A stretch of DNA of 64,000 bases from an uncultured Chloroflexia bacterium (GCA_963768655.1 CAVYIM010000009.1:32001-96000); one strand, 5' to 3'; counted from the first letter of the stretch, positions 45,958 to 55,325 are shown. Notes: generated by a model from the letters alone, not told the origin. A program made the numbers and translations.

Positions 45958-46416
45958 TTGGCGACAGATGATCCCGAGAAGTCGGGCGGCACGCGCCCGT
46001 TGGCTCGATCCGAGCGAGCCGCGCCGGAAGCCGGTAGCCCCGGCGGCGCCGTGGGCATCCTTCGGCCCAACCCGGAGATTACGCTCGAGCCTGCGGACGA
46101 GCGCGATCTCGAGGGCTCTTTCCGCCACGCCTATTCGCGAGACCAGGCGACGCTTGTCAGGCGTCTGCGCCGGATCGAAGGACAGGTGCGTGGCATCGAG
46201 CGAATGATCGAGCGCCGCGAGTACTGCGTCGACATCCTCCAGCAGACAGCCGCCCTGCGGGCCGCCGTGGATTCCGTGGCGCTGTTGATTCTGGAGGACC
46301 ATGTCCAGGGTTGCGTCAAGACCGCCGCCGAGCAAGGCGACGCCGATCGCTACATCGAGGAGGTGCTCGATGTCGTCCGCCGAACGCTCGGGAAGCCGGT
46401 CCGACCACGCGTCTGA
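45958..46416 (+). CDS. csoR: CsoR/RcnR-family metal-sensing repressor
   Basis: RLRRIEGQVRGIERM, YCVDILQQ, LEDHVQGC (Cys-His-Cys); SD GGGAGG before TTG. Confidence 0.9.
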   Translation: MATDDPEKSGGTRPLARSERAAPEAGSPGGAVGILRPNPEITLEPADERDLEGSFRHAYSRDQATLVRRLRRIEGQVRGIERMIERREYCVDILQQTAALRAAVDSVALLILEDHVQGCVKTAAEQGDADRYIEEVLDVVRRTLGKPVRPRV

Positions 46417-46455
46417 CGGCTCAGTCGTGGGCGCCCCTGCGAGCGCCCGGGGAAG

Positions 46456-46570
46456 TCATCCGCCCTCGTCCACCGCGCCGGGCCGTGTGAAGTACTTATC
46501 CACGAAAGTGGATGACTGGCAATTCTTGGTGGAAAACCGCGTTGACGCCACACGACGCCGGACCTATCTT
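46456..46570 (+). promoter_or_regulatory. DnaA-box-like cluster and sigma70 promoter upstream of rsmG
   Basis: TTATCCACG 46496, reverse TCATCCACT 46507 and TTTTCCACC 46528, weaker boxes at 46456 and 46466; TTGACG-17bp-TATCTT (46542-46570). Confidence 0.55.
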
Positions 46571-46601
46571 CCGACCTCCGCACCGCTGCTGCGGCCCGTC
46601 G

Positions 46602-47519
46602 ATGGGTAACCGCGTTCGCGAGGGGTCCGGGGAAACCCGACCGAGGACCGAACTGGCGTGGGAAGACCTAGGGACGCCGGGTGCGACAAGAGCCGACGCC
46701 GGGAGCGGCGCGGCCCAGAGTGTCCGGGAGCCTGAGACGGCCCCGACTCCGGTCCGCGATCCGCTCCCGGCGCGTGTTTCCGGCCTTGCGCCACTCCCCG
46801 TGGAATACGGGGTTGTGCTGCGCGCCGGCCTGGCCGCCGTCGCGGGTGGGGACCTGCCGGCGGCTGCCCGAGCCGCGATCGACGATCATGTCCGCCTCCT
46901 TCTCGCCTGGAACGAGGCGATCAACCTGAGCGGTATCCGCGCCCCGGAGATGGTCGCCCGGGAGCACGTCCTGGATAGCCTCACCGCCCTCCGTTTGATA
47001 CGGCAAGCGGGGATCGCGGAGTTCGTGGATCTCGGGAGCGGGGCCGGCTATCCCGGCCTGCCGCTCGCCATCGCGCTGCCGGCGCGACGGGCCCTGCTGG
47101 TCGAGTCGATCGGCAAGAAGGCCCGCTTCCTGGAGGTTGCGGTTGCGGCTCTCGGACTGACCGACCGAGTGGCCGTTGCGGCGGCCCGGGCCGAGAGCAT
47201 CGCCGCCGACCCTCGCCATCGGGGCCGCTGGCCCGCGGTCGTCTCGCGCGCAGTGGCGGACCTGACCGAGCTCTCCGAGCTGGCCCTGCCGCTCCTGGCC
47301 GCGGGCGGGCTGCTCGTGGCCTGGAAGCGGCGCCCGCTGGACGAGGAGCTCTTGCGGGCGGAGAGGGCGGTGGCGCAGCTGGGCGGTCGCGTGGTCTCCT
47401 GCGAGGCCGTGGCGGTGCCGGGTCTAGAGGACCACGTTCTGGCGGTCGTCGAGAAGGTCGGTGCCACTCCGCCGGAGTTCCCCCGTGACCCGGCGGCGCG
47501 GCGCCGGCGCCCGCTGTAG
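46602..47519 (+). CDS. rsmG: 16S rRNA (guanine527-N7)-methyltransferase; start uncertain
   Basis: LLAWNEAINLSGI, HVLDSL, DLGSGAGYPGLPLAI, VESIGKKARFL, SRAVA, FPR. Confidence 0.93.
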   Translation: MGNRVREGSGETRPRTELAWEDLGTPGATRADAGSGAAQSVREPETAPTPVRDPLPARVSGLAPLPVEYGVVLRAGLAAVAGGDLPAAARAAIDDHVRLLLAWNEAINLSGIRAPEMVAREHVLDSLTALRLIRQAGIAEFVDLGSGAGYPGLPLAIALPARRALLVESIGKKARFLEVAVAALGLTDRVAVAAARAESIAADPRHRGRWPAVVSRAVADLTELSELALPLLAAGGLLVAWKRRPLDEELLRAERAVAQLGGRVVSCEAVAVPGLEDHVLAVVEKVGATPPEFPRDPAARRRRPL

Positions 47520-47529
47520 GGTGACGTCC

Positions 47530-48258
47530 GTGCGCATCGCGGTCATCTCGGACATCCACTCCAATCTGCCGGCGCTGGACGCCGTTCTCGGCGCGGTCGG
47601 CAGCGTGGATGCGATCTGGCATCTCGGCGACACGGTCGGCTACGGCCCCGAGCCCCAGGCCGTGGTCGACCGCCTGCTCGCGGCCGGCGCCATCGGGGTC
47701 AGGGGGAACCACGACGACGCCGCGGGCGGCGGTACCTCCATAGAGTGGTTCAACCCGGACGGGTACCGCGCCATGGAGTGGACCCGCACCCACATCGACG
47801 AGACGACGCGGCTCTACTTGGCCGCACTTCCGGAACGCCGGGTGCCCGAGGGATCTTGCTTCACGCTCGCACACGGCAGCCCGAGCGATCCAATCTGGGA
47901 GTACCTTGATTCGCCGGCGGCCGCTGAGGTGAACCTGTCCGCCTTCCAGACACCGTACTGCCTCGTCGGCCACACGCACGTTCCGCTGGTCTTTCGCGAG
48001 TCGCGAGGGCGGATGAAGGCGATGCTCGTGGGCGAGGGCGATCGCCTCGAGCTGGACGACCGTCGCATGATCCTCAACCCGGGTAGCGTCGGCCAGCCCC
48101 GAGACGGCGACCCGAGATCCAGCTACATGTTGATGGACACGGACGCCGGCCTGGTCACCTGGCATCGGGTGGAGTACAACATCGAGGCCACTCAGGCGGC
48201 GATCCGCGACGCCGGTTTGCCGCCGCGGCTGGCTCGCCGGCTCAGCTTCGGCCAGTGA
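47530..48258 (+). CDS. Metallophosphoesterase (calcineurin-like)
   Basis: SDIHSN, LGDTVGYG, RGNHD, HGSP, GHTH, NPGSVGQPRDGD. Confidence 0.93.
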   Translation: MRIAVISDIHSNLPALDAVLGAVGSVDAIWHLGDTVGYGPEPQAVVDRLLAAGAIGVRGNHDDAAGGGTSIEWFNPDGYRAMEWTRTHIDETTRLYLAALPERRVPEGSCFTLAHGSPSDPIWEYLDSPAAAEVNLSAFQTPYCLVGHTHVPLVFRESRGRMKAMLVGEGDRLELDDRRMILNPGSVGQPRDGDPRSSYMLMDTDAGLVTWHRVEYNIEATQAAIRDAGLPPRLARRLSFGQ

Positions 48259-48332
48259 AAGCCCCGCCTCGAGCACTGCCATCGTAAATGGCGCGAATCT
48301 GACGCGGGCACGAATCCAGCGATCGGGTGTCG

Positions 48333-48512
48333 TGCTAGCCTTGCTCGCGTTCGACGAGGCGATCCGCCCGCGCGCGTCGAACCGGGCCTGCACGGGTTCG
48401 TCGGCTGCGAACCGGCTCGCAGCCAGCTCCGGCGCCGGTCCGCAGGCGGCTCGGTGGGAGCCCGCAGGTTCTTCGCGCATCTGAGCCCGCATCAGAGAGG
48501 ACCGACCGGTCG
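48333..48512 (+). promoter_or_regulatory. Extended -10 promoter and structured leader of the K+ transport operon
   Basis: TG-c-TAGCCT at 48333-48341; stems 48349-56/48375-82 and 48403-10/48417-24; alternative partners for 48387-48399. Confidence 0.45.
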
Positions 48513-50585
48513 ATGACCGCTCCCAACTCGCCGCTCCGGGGCCGCAAGCTCGGCGACCGGCGCGTGGTGGTCGATCGACCGCACTCCGCTTACTTCCGCT
48601 ACGCCGGCCCGGGCGTCATGGTCGCCAAGGCCGCCGCGAGCGCGCCCATGACCGCCTTCGGGCGCCGGATGGCGCGCGTTCGGGCCCTCGTCTTCGGCAA
48701 GCCGCTTTCGAGCGCCCAGGAGATCGAAGAGCGGCTGTCCAAGAAGCTGGCACTGCCGATCTTCAGCTCGGACGCCATCTCGTCCTCGGCCTACGCGACC
48801 GACGAGATCCTGCGCGTCCTCGTCCTGGCCGGTCTGGCCTGGATGACCTGGTCGATTGCGGTTGCCGCAGCGATCGCACTGATGCTGACTATCGTCGCCT
48901 TCAGCTACCGGCAGGTATGCCGCGGGTATCCCTCCGGTGGGGGTGCGTACGTCGTCGCCAGGGAGAATCTCGGGCCCAACTTCGGCCTGATCGCCGCGGC
49001 GGCGCTGATGGTCGACTACGTCATGACCGTCGCCGTCTCGAGCGCCTCGGCCCTGGCCAACCTGGCGACGGCTTTCGAGGCGATCGCACCCTACAAGGTC
49101 GAGCTGGGGGCGCTGGTCATCGTCCTGGTGACCGCGGCCAACCTCCGGGGCGTGCGGGAGTCGGGCAACATCTTCGCGATTCCTACCTACCTCTTCGTGG
49201 GAACGGCCCTGCTCGCCGTTGGCGTCGGGCTGGTGAACACCGCCACGGGCGCCGCGCATCACCTCAGCCCGCCGCCGTTCGCGGAGCAGCCGGGCGTCCA
49301 GGCCTTCACGATGCTCCTGCTGCTCAAGGCCTTCGCGGGAGGCTCGGTGGCCCTGACCGGAGTGGAGGCGATCGCCAACGGCGTGCCGGCCTTCAAGCCG
49401 CCCGAATCGAAGAACGCCGCCAATACGCTGATCATCATGGCCCTGCTGCTGGGCACGATCTTCGTCGGGCTGACCTTCGTCGGCCTCCAGTACGGCGTCA
49501 TGGCGACCACACCCCAGGGTCCGACGGTCCTCGGGCAGGTGGGCAGCGCCGTCTTCGGTGGCGGCTTCCTGTTCATCCTGCTCCAGGTCAGCGCCGCCCT
49601 GATCCTCTTTCTGGCCTGCAACACCAGCTTCAACGCCTTCCCGCGCCTGGCGGCAATCCTGGCCCAGGACGATTGCATGCCGCGCCAATTCGCCTTCCGC
49701 GGAGACCGGCTGGCGTTCTCCTGGGGGATAGTCGTCCTGGCCGCGGTCGCCATCGGCATGCTCTACGCCTTCAACGCCTCGGTCGACGCCCTGATCCCGC
49801 TCTACTCGGTCGGCGTGTTCATCTGCTTCACGCTGTCTCAGGCCGGCATGGTCGTCCACTGGCGCAAGGAGCGCAGCTCCGGGTGGGCCTGGCGGAGCGT
49901 GGTGAACGGCTGCGGCGCAGTCCTGACCGGCGTGGTCTTCCTGGTCGTAGCCTCTGAGAAGTTCTTCAACGGGGCGTGGATGGTCCTGATCTTCATCCCG
50001 TCGCTGATCGCGATGATGATGTTCATCCGCCATCAGTACGCCTCCTCGGCGAGGCAGCTCACGATGCGGCCTGGGGCCGCGGTCCCGCAGCCGCACCGCC
50101 ACAACCGCGTCGTCATCCCGATCTCGGGCGTGAACCGGGCGGTCGTCCAGGCGCTCAACGTGGCCCGGTCCATCACTACGGACATTCGGGCGGTCTACGT
50201 CTCGGACGACCCCCATCACAGCGACGCCATCCGCGAGCTGTGGACGCAGGCGGTGCCGGACGTGCCGCTGGTTCTCGTGGAGTCGCCCTACCGCGCCCTG
50301 ATCGCCCCCGTCGTGGCCTACCTCGACGTCCTCGACCGCTCCTGGCCCAACGAGCAGGAGGAGCCGATCACGTTCGTCCTCATCCCCGAGTACGTAGCCC
50401 GGAGCTGGTGGGAGCGGATGCTCTACAACCAGGCCGCCAAGCAGCTGCGGGCGGCTCTGCTGGGCCGGCCGCACACGGTGGTCATCAACGTGCCTTACCG
50501 GCGCGACGAGACCCGGCCGGCAGTCACGGCAGAGGAGCAGCCGGCCGGCACCCTGGTGGCGGCGGACAACGGCCGGCCCCACTGA
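48513..50585 (+). CDS. APC-superfamily permease, KimA/YdaO-type K+ transporter
   Basis: LPIFSSDAISSSAYA, YPSGGGAY, DYVMTVAVS, NLRGVRESG, ALTGVEAIANGV, LIPLYSVGVF, and a cytoplasmic ESPYR domain. Confidence 0.9.
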   Translation: MTAPNSPLRGRKLGDRRVVVDRPHSAYFRYAGPGVMVAKAAASAPMTAFGRRMARVRALVFGKPLSSAQEIEERLSKKLALPIFSSDAISSSAYATDEILRVLVLAGLAWMTWSIAVAAAIALMLTIVAFSYRQVCRGYPSGGGAYVVARENLGPNFGLIAAAALMVDYVMTVAVSSASALANLATAFEAIAPYKVELGALVIVLVTAANLRGVRESGNIFAIPTYLFVGTALLAVGVGLVNTATGAAHHLSPPPFAEQPGVQAFTMLLLLKAFAGGSVALTGVEAIANGVPAFKPPESKNAANTLIIMALLLGTIFVGLTFVGLQYGVMATTPQGPTVLGQVGSAVFGGGFLFILLQVSAALILFLACNTSFNAFPRLAAILAQDDCMPRQFAFRGDRLAFSWGIVVLAAVAIGMLYAFNASVDALIPLYSVGVFICFTLSQAGMVVHWRKERSSGWAWRSVVNGCGAVLTGVVFLVVASEKFFNGAWMVLIFIPSLIAMMMFIRHQYASSARQLTMRPGAAVPQPHRHNRVVIPISGVNRAVVQALNVARSITTDIRAVYVSDDPHHSDAIRELWTQAVPDVPLVLVESPYRALIAPVVAYLDVLDRSWPNEQEEPITFVLIPEYVARSWWERMLYNQAAKQLRAALLGRPHTVVINVPYRRDETRPAVTAEEQPAGTLVAADNGRPH

Positions 50586-50603
50586 CGCGCGCGAAAAAGT
50601 CCG

Positions 50604-51125
50604 ATGAGTGGCACCGTACGCTGCCGGGATTGCGGGGCACTCGTGCCGGATATCCCCGAGTTGCGAGCAGACCATCTGTACGGCGGCGCCGCGCCGGGCT
50701 GTTGGGCGGCCTATACAGAACTGATCGGACGCCAGATGGCCGACCCCGGGCTCTTCGAGGCGCGCATGATCGCGGCCGACGCCTACATGGCCCAGCATCC
50801 CGGGGATCCCGGCCGGCAGGCGAGCCAGTCGGTATGGGTCCACCTTATCGGCCTGTGCCTGGCACTGGAGCATGGCTACGACGGCCTGGCTTCGGCCAGG
50901 GCGAAGGCCCGGGCGGCTTCTCCCGATGTCAGGTTCGAATGGCTCGAGGCCCCTGCGTCGCTCGGCTCGATCACCGTTCTCGACGTGCTGGCCGCAGCGA
51001 CCCCCGAGGAGCACCGTGACGCCGTTCGGTGCTGGGCGATCTCGGTATGGGCGGCCTGGGAGCCTCATCGAGAAGCGATCCGGACGCGTGTCGCGGAGCT
51101 GCGGGGCGACCTCGAGCGCCGATGA
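50604..51125 (+). CDS. DUF5946-like hypothetical protein
   Basis: CRDCG, GAAPGCWAAY, DAYMAQHPG, QSVWVHLIGLC, WAISVWAAW. Confidence 0.75.
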   Translation: MSGTVRCRDCGALVPDIPELRADHLYGGAAPGCWAAYTELIGRQMADPGLFEARMIAADAYMAQHPGDPGRQASQSVWVHLIGLCLALEHGYDGLASARAKARAASPDVRFEWLEAPASLGSITVLDVLAAATPEEHRDAVRCWAISVWAAWEPHREAIRTRVAELRGDLERR

Positions 51126-51302
51126 TGGCTCGGACGGGTCGGGTCCGATGGGCCGACGGTCGAGCCGAACGGCGCAGGGGCGGGGCGACCGAACCCGGCG
51201 TCACGCTGACCTTCGGCACCTCCACACGAGCCTGCCGGTGGTATCGTTCCCGGGCGGATGCGGCCCCAACCGCCACCGCCCTGGGTCGAGATCGGAGGTC
51301 AG

Positions 51303-51761
51303 GTGCCCGAGGCTAATGCGCCCATCTTCCGGCGCGCCGTCGTCGCCCTGAACGGCGGCTCGATCGACGCCGGGATCGTGCGTCTGGCTCTCGAGGTGAC
51401 CCGCCACACCCACGCCGAGTTGATCGCCGTGCACGTGGTGGAGCTCGACTGGACGCAGCCGCTAGACGCCGACGTGGCCGAGCGCTCCGAAGAAGCCCAG
51501 CGCGTCCTCGATGCGGCGGAGGCAATCGCGGAGTCGCAGCACGCCAAGATGGAATCCGTGCTCGTTCAGGCACGCGACGTGGGCGCGGCTATCGTCGACG
51601 AGGCCGCGGCCCGAGAGGCCGACCTGCTGATACTCGGCCTGCCCTATCGGACCCGCTTCGGCGGCGATTTCGCCATCGGGCGGGCCGTCCCGTACGCGTT
51701 GAAGAATGCCCCCTGCACAGTGTGGGTGGTGCGTGAGCCGATGGGCGAGGAGTCTCGATGA
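51303..51761 (+). CDS. Universal stress protein
   Basis: RAVVALNG, LIAVHVVE, AAIVDEA..ADLLILG, LKNAPCTVWVV; SD GGAGG. Confidence 0.88.
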   Translation: MPEANAPIFRRAVVALNGGSIDAGIVRLALEVTRHTHAELIAVHVVELDWTQPLDADVAERSEEAQRVLDAAEAIAESQHAKMESVLVQARDVGAAIVDEAAAREADLLILGLPYRTRFGGDFAIGRAVPYALKNAPCTVWVVREPMGEESR

Positions 51762-52390
51762 AGATCGTGATCGTGGGCTGCGGTCGCGTCGGCTCGACGC
51801 TAGCCGAGAACCTCGATGCGGACGGCCACGAGGTGATCATCTTCGACATTCGGACGGCCGCCTTCGACCGCCTGCCGGAGACCTTCAAGGGCGCCGCCAT
51901 ACGTGGTGACGGGACCGACCTGGAGGTCCTCCGCAGGGGTGGGGCCGACGGAGCCGACGTATTCCTGTCGCTGACCGAGGGCGACAACCGGAACGTGATG
52001 GCCGCCCAGGTGGCCACGGAATCGCTCGGCATCCCGCAGGTGATCGCCAAGATCAACGACCCGGTCCGGGCTGCGGCCTACGCCGAGCTGGGCGTGGTAA
52101 CTCTGTGCCGGACGAACCTCATGGTCGACACGGTGGCGAAGTACCTCAACCTGCCGATGTCCACTGGCCCCGGCATCGATACGCCCGAAACGCCGGGCCA
52201 CGAGCATCCTCATCCGACCTCGCGCGGCCTGCCCGTGGCGGGGGAGACAACCGGGTTGGATTCGTCGCCGCTGGGTCCGCCCGCCAGACCTCGCTCGTCG
52301 GCTGAGCGCGCGGTGCTTCCGCAACATGCCGAAGCCGCGGCTGAAGCCGTCAGGGCGCAGCGCATTGGCTTCCGCCGGTGGCGCGGCTGA
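51758..52390 (+). CDS. trkA: TrkA-N (RCK_N) potassium-uptake regulatory protein lacking RCK_C
   Basis: IVIVGCGRVG, GDGTD, TEGDNRN, IAKINDP, followed by a low-complexity tail. Confidence 0.85.
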   Translation: MKIVIVGCGRVGSTLAENLDADGHEVIIFDIRTAAFDRLPETFKGAAIRGDGTDLEVLRRGGADGADVFLSLTEGDNRNVMAAQVATESLGIPQVIAKINDPVRAAAYAELGVVTLCRTNLMVDTVAKYLNLPMSTGPGIDTPETPGHEHPHPTSRGLPVAGETTGLDSSPLGPPARPRSSAERAVLPQHAEAAAEAVRAQRIGFRRWRG

Positions 52391-52409
52391 GCGCGGGTAG
52401 GAGGCAGAC

Positions 52410-53084
52410 GTGTTCGTCATCGTCGTAGGCGGCGGCAAGGTCGGGTACTTCCTGGCCCGCGAGCTGATCCAGTCGGGACACGAGGTCGCCCTCATGGAGC
52501 GCGACCGAGCCCGCGCCGCGCAGGTCACCGAGGAGATCGGGTCGATCGTCATCGCGCACGACGGCTGCGAGGGCAAGTACCTGGGCGAGGCCGGGGCCAA
52601 TCGCGCCGACATCGTGGCCGCGGTTACCGGCGACGACGAGGACAACCTCGTCATCTGCCAGATGGCCAAGCATCATTTCGACGTCCCGCGGACGATCGCC
52701 CGGGTCAACAACCCCAAGAACGAGAGCCTGTTCAAGCATCTCGGCGTGGACGAGATCGTGTCGCCTACGCGCATGATCCTGGGCTCGATCGAGGCGGACA
52801 TCCCCGTCCACGAGCTGCTCCACCTGGCCGTCCTAGGCGGCGGCGAGCTCGAGCTCGTCGAGGCTCAGCTGCGCGCAGGCTCGCCGGCTGTCGGCCGCAC
52901 GGCCAGCAGCCTGTCGCTGCCGGAAGGCTGCTCGATCTTCGCCGTCATCCGCGACGAGCGCGCCCTGTCGGTGCGCTCAGACACGGAGCTGCGCGAGGGC
53001 GACAAGCTCATCGGCATCGGCCGCACCGAGTGCGAGGAAGAGCTGCACCGGCTCCTTCTGGGTGAGGACGAACCGACGGCCTGA
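52410..53084 (+). CDS. trkA: TrkA-family protein (RCK_N plus RCK_C)
   Basis: VVGGGKVG, VTGDDEDN, TIARVNNPKN, SPAVGR..LPEG..AVIR..LREGD. Confidence 0.92.
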   Translation: MFVIVVGGGKVGYFLARELIQSGHEVALMERDRARAAQVTEEIGSIVIAHDGCEGKYLGEAGANRADIVAAVTGDDEDNLVICQMAKHHFDVPRTIARVNNPKNESLFKHLGVDEIVSPTRMILGSIEADIPVHELLHLAVLGGGELELVEAQLRAGSPAVGRTASSLSLPEGCSIFAVIRDERALSVRSDTELREGDKLIGIGRTECEEELHRLLLGEDEPTA

Positions 53085-53134
53085 CCGCCCAGGGACCTCC
53101 GGGCGGGGGCGAGCGGACGGGATTCGGCGACGAA

Positions 53135-54079
53135 CTAGCTGTTCAGGTCCACGAGCACGAGGCCGAGGATTGCCACGGCCGCACCCACGTACCACAGGCG
53201 CGGTGGCTTGTGGCCCTCCAGCCAGAAGGCGAACGGAACGCTGATCATCGGCGCGATGGCCACGATCGACTGGACCACGCCGGCGTTCATGGTCTGCTGA
53301 GCCCAGACCGTGCCGCTGACGGCCAGGATCGGACCGAAGAGCGAGTTCAAGCTGCCCCAGAAGAGGGGCCGAGTGGTCAGCCTGCCGCCGTCGGAGCCCA
53401 GGACCGACCTGGTCGAACCGTCGGCTGCGGCGAAGCCCCATTTCTTGCGCCAGGCCCAGCGAGCGGCAGCGTAGACGACGACGGCGACGAGGAAGCCGCC
53501 GATCAGTCGCTGGAAGGCAACGGTGATGACGTCGGGCGGGGTATGCGCGGCCTTCATGAGCAACATGCCGTTGCGAGTGGCCGCGAAGCTGATACCCTGC
53601 CCGACGGCCGCCAGGAGCGCGAGGCCGATGCCGAGCGCGACGCCCTTGCCCGGAGCGTTCCCGACGGCGCTGCCTCGAACGTACGGCAGGAGGCCGATCA
53701 CGACCCCTGCGAGGATGACCGCACAGAAGACGATCTGGCGTGTCGTGAGCGGGTCCGAGTACCAGACCCAGGCCACCGCCGCCGCCACTGGAGCGGCCAC
53801 GGTCTCCTCGACCAGGGACGCGAGCGGGGCGCCGAGTCGGGGCAGGGCGGCCAGGAGGGACAGACCACCGACGCCGAAGCCGATCGCGCCTGCGGTCACG
53901 AACAGAAAGGTCTGGCCCCTCAACCCCTGGCCGAAGGCAAAGGCCCAGATACCCAGGATGACGACGGCGAACGACAGCCGAAGCACGTTGGCGCGGACGA
54001 AGCCGATCAGCCTGATCCCGCGACCCGCGACAACCGGAGTGATGCCCGAGAAGAGAGCGGCGAAAAGCGCCGCGATCAC
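53135..54079 (-). CDS. DMT/EamA-family transporter
   Basis: About 10 TM segments in two repeats; GAIGFGVG..LPRLGA. Confidence 0.8.
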   Translation of the reverse strand: MIAALFAALFSGITPVVAGRGIRLIGFVRANVLRLSFAVVILGIWAFAFGQGLRGQTFLFVTAGAIGFGVGGLSLLAALPRLGAPLASLVEETVAAPVAAAVAWVWYSDPLTTRQIVFCAVILAGVVIGLLPYVRGSAVGNAPGKGVALGIGLALLAAVGQGISFAATRNGMLLMKAAHTPPDVITVAFQRLIGGFLVAVVVYAAARWAWRKKWGFAAADGSTRSVLGSDGGRLTTRPLFWGSLNSLFGPILAVSGTVWAQQTMNAGVVQSIVAIAPMISVPFAFWLEGHKPPRLWYVGAAVAILGLVLVDLNS

Positions 54080-54304
54080 CGGACGTCTCCCCGTGGCGCG
54101 ACAGTCGGGTCAGGACAGGCGGCGCTCGCGCGCGCGTCAACGCGGTCGGATGCGTCGCGGTGAATGGCCAAGGGGCGAGGTCTCCATCTCCGGGTCAGGC
54201 GCCGTAATGTACATGGACCTGGCCGCTGTTCGTTAGCCCAGATGGCCCGAGCCGAGGGGCCATCGGTAACGGCAGATGACCGCCGACGTCTGCGGGGCGA
54301 GATT

Positions 54305-54376
54305 GCAACGGGGCTGGTCGCCGGGAGCGGCGCAGCGGCGCAACGGGGCTGGTCGCCGGGAGCGGCGCAGCGGCGC
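54305..54376. repeat. Perfect 35-bp tandem duplication
   Basis: GCAACGGGGCTGGTCGCCGGGAGCGGCGCAGCGGC at 54305 and 54340. Confidence 0.92.
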
Positions 54377-54401
54377 GGGGCGCCATGCCCCGGCTGGTCT
54401 G

Positions 54402-55325
54402 TCAGCCGCGCCCGCGGCCGAAGAGCCGGCCCTTCTTGACCGGGGCGGCCTGCCCGGCATCTGGCGTCTCCGTCTTTCGGGAGAGCCAGTCGATCGATGT
54501 CTCGCGGTAGAACTGGGCGATGGCGTGCTCCGGTCCAAGCTCGAACCGCCTGGACACCTGGTCCATCGGGAAGGCGACTTGCCCGTTCAGCTCGACGCCG
54601 TAACCCTCCTTGGGGTCGCGAATCCAGTGTGCCCCGGTGTTCAGGATCAGCACTTCGCCGACGTACGCGCCCATGGCCGGGACCATCGACTCGTAGGAGT
54701 CTCGCTCCGGGGCGGCGGGCCACCATTCGTCGATCAGCTCGTCCAGACGAATCGCGCTCTCGGGTGAGTAGTCGAGCCAGGTGACCCCGTTGGAGCCGGC
54801 CGACTTCACGAAGGCGTCGGCAGCGAGTCTCATCATCGCGGCCGGCCCATCCACGTTCGCGGACGGGGGCGCGGTCGGGCCGACGACGCCGCTCTCGACG
54901 GCCCAGGCTCGACTCTGCTCGAAGACCTGGTGCTGGAGGGCCTCGCTCGCGGTCAGCCGCTTCTCGACCATGCGCGTGGGCTGTGCCGGCTCCGGCTTCG
55001 CCTTCCCTTTCTTGGGGTTGGTGTCCGGGGGCAGCACTTCGCCGTAATGCTCGCCTGTCGCCCACCGGCCTCCGAACTGGCGGACGAGCACCTCGCCGAC
55101 GTATGCGGCCAGTTCCATCCGGGTCTTGAGTGTGATGGGGCTTTCGATAGACAGGAGCACGTCGACAAAGAGGTCGACCTCGCTCAGGCTGCGCCAGGTG
55201 AAGTCCATCTTGGCGGCCCGCGCCGGTGGAGCCCCGGCCACGAAACGCTCGGCGGCCGCGACCCAGCTGGCCATCTCGTCGGCCTGAGCTGAGTCCGCTG
55301 TCGGGTTTTCGGTCTTGCTCGCCAT
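54402..55325 (-). CDS. Hypothetical protein with two homologous helical domains (DUF3806-like)
   Basis: DFTWRSLSEVD..AAYVGEVL..GGRW and DYSPESAIRLD..GAYVGEVL..GAHW. Confidence 0.75.
   Translation of the reverse strand: MASKTENPTADSAQADEMASWVAAAERFVAGAPPARAAKMDFTWRSLSEVDLFVDVLLSIESPITLKTRMELAAYVGEVLVRQFGGRWATGEHYGEVLPPDTNPKKGKAKPEPAQPTRMVEKRLTASEALQHQVFEQSRAWAVESGVVGPTAPPSANVDGPAAMMRLAADAFVKSAGSNGVTWLDYSPESAIRLDELIDEWWPAAPERDSYESMVPAMGAYVGEVLILNTGAHWIRDPKEGYGVELNGQVAFPMDQVSRRFELGPEHAIAQFYRETSIDWLSRKTETPDAGQAAPVKKGRLFGRGRG

Noticed and set aside
46440-46600. oriC
   Set aside because: Few degenerate boxes, no AT-rich unwinding element or DnaA-trio array, and no dnaA/dnaN in the window.
48260-48512. 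c-di-AMP (ydaO) riboswitch expected before a kimA-like gene
   Set aside because: The family's conserved motifs are not visible.
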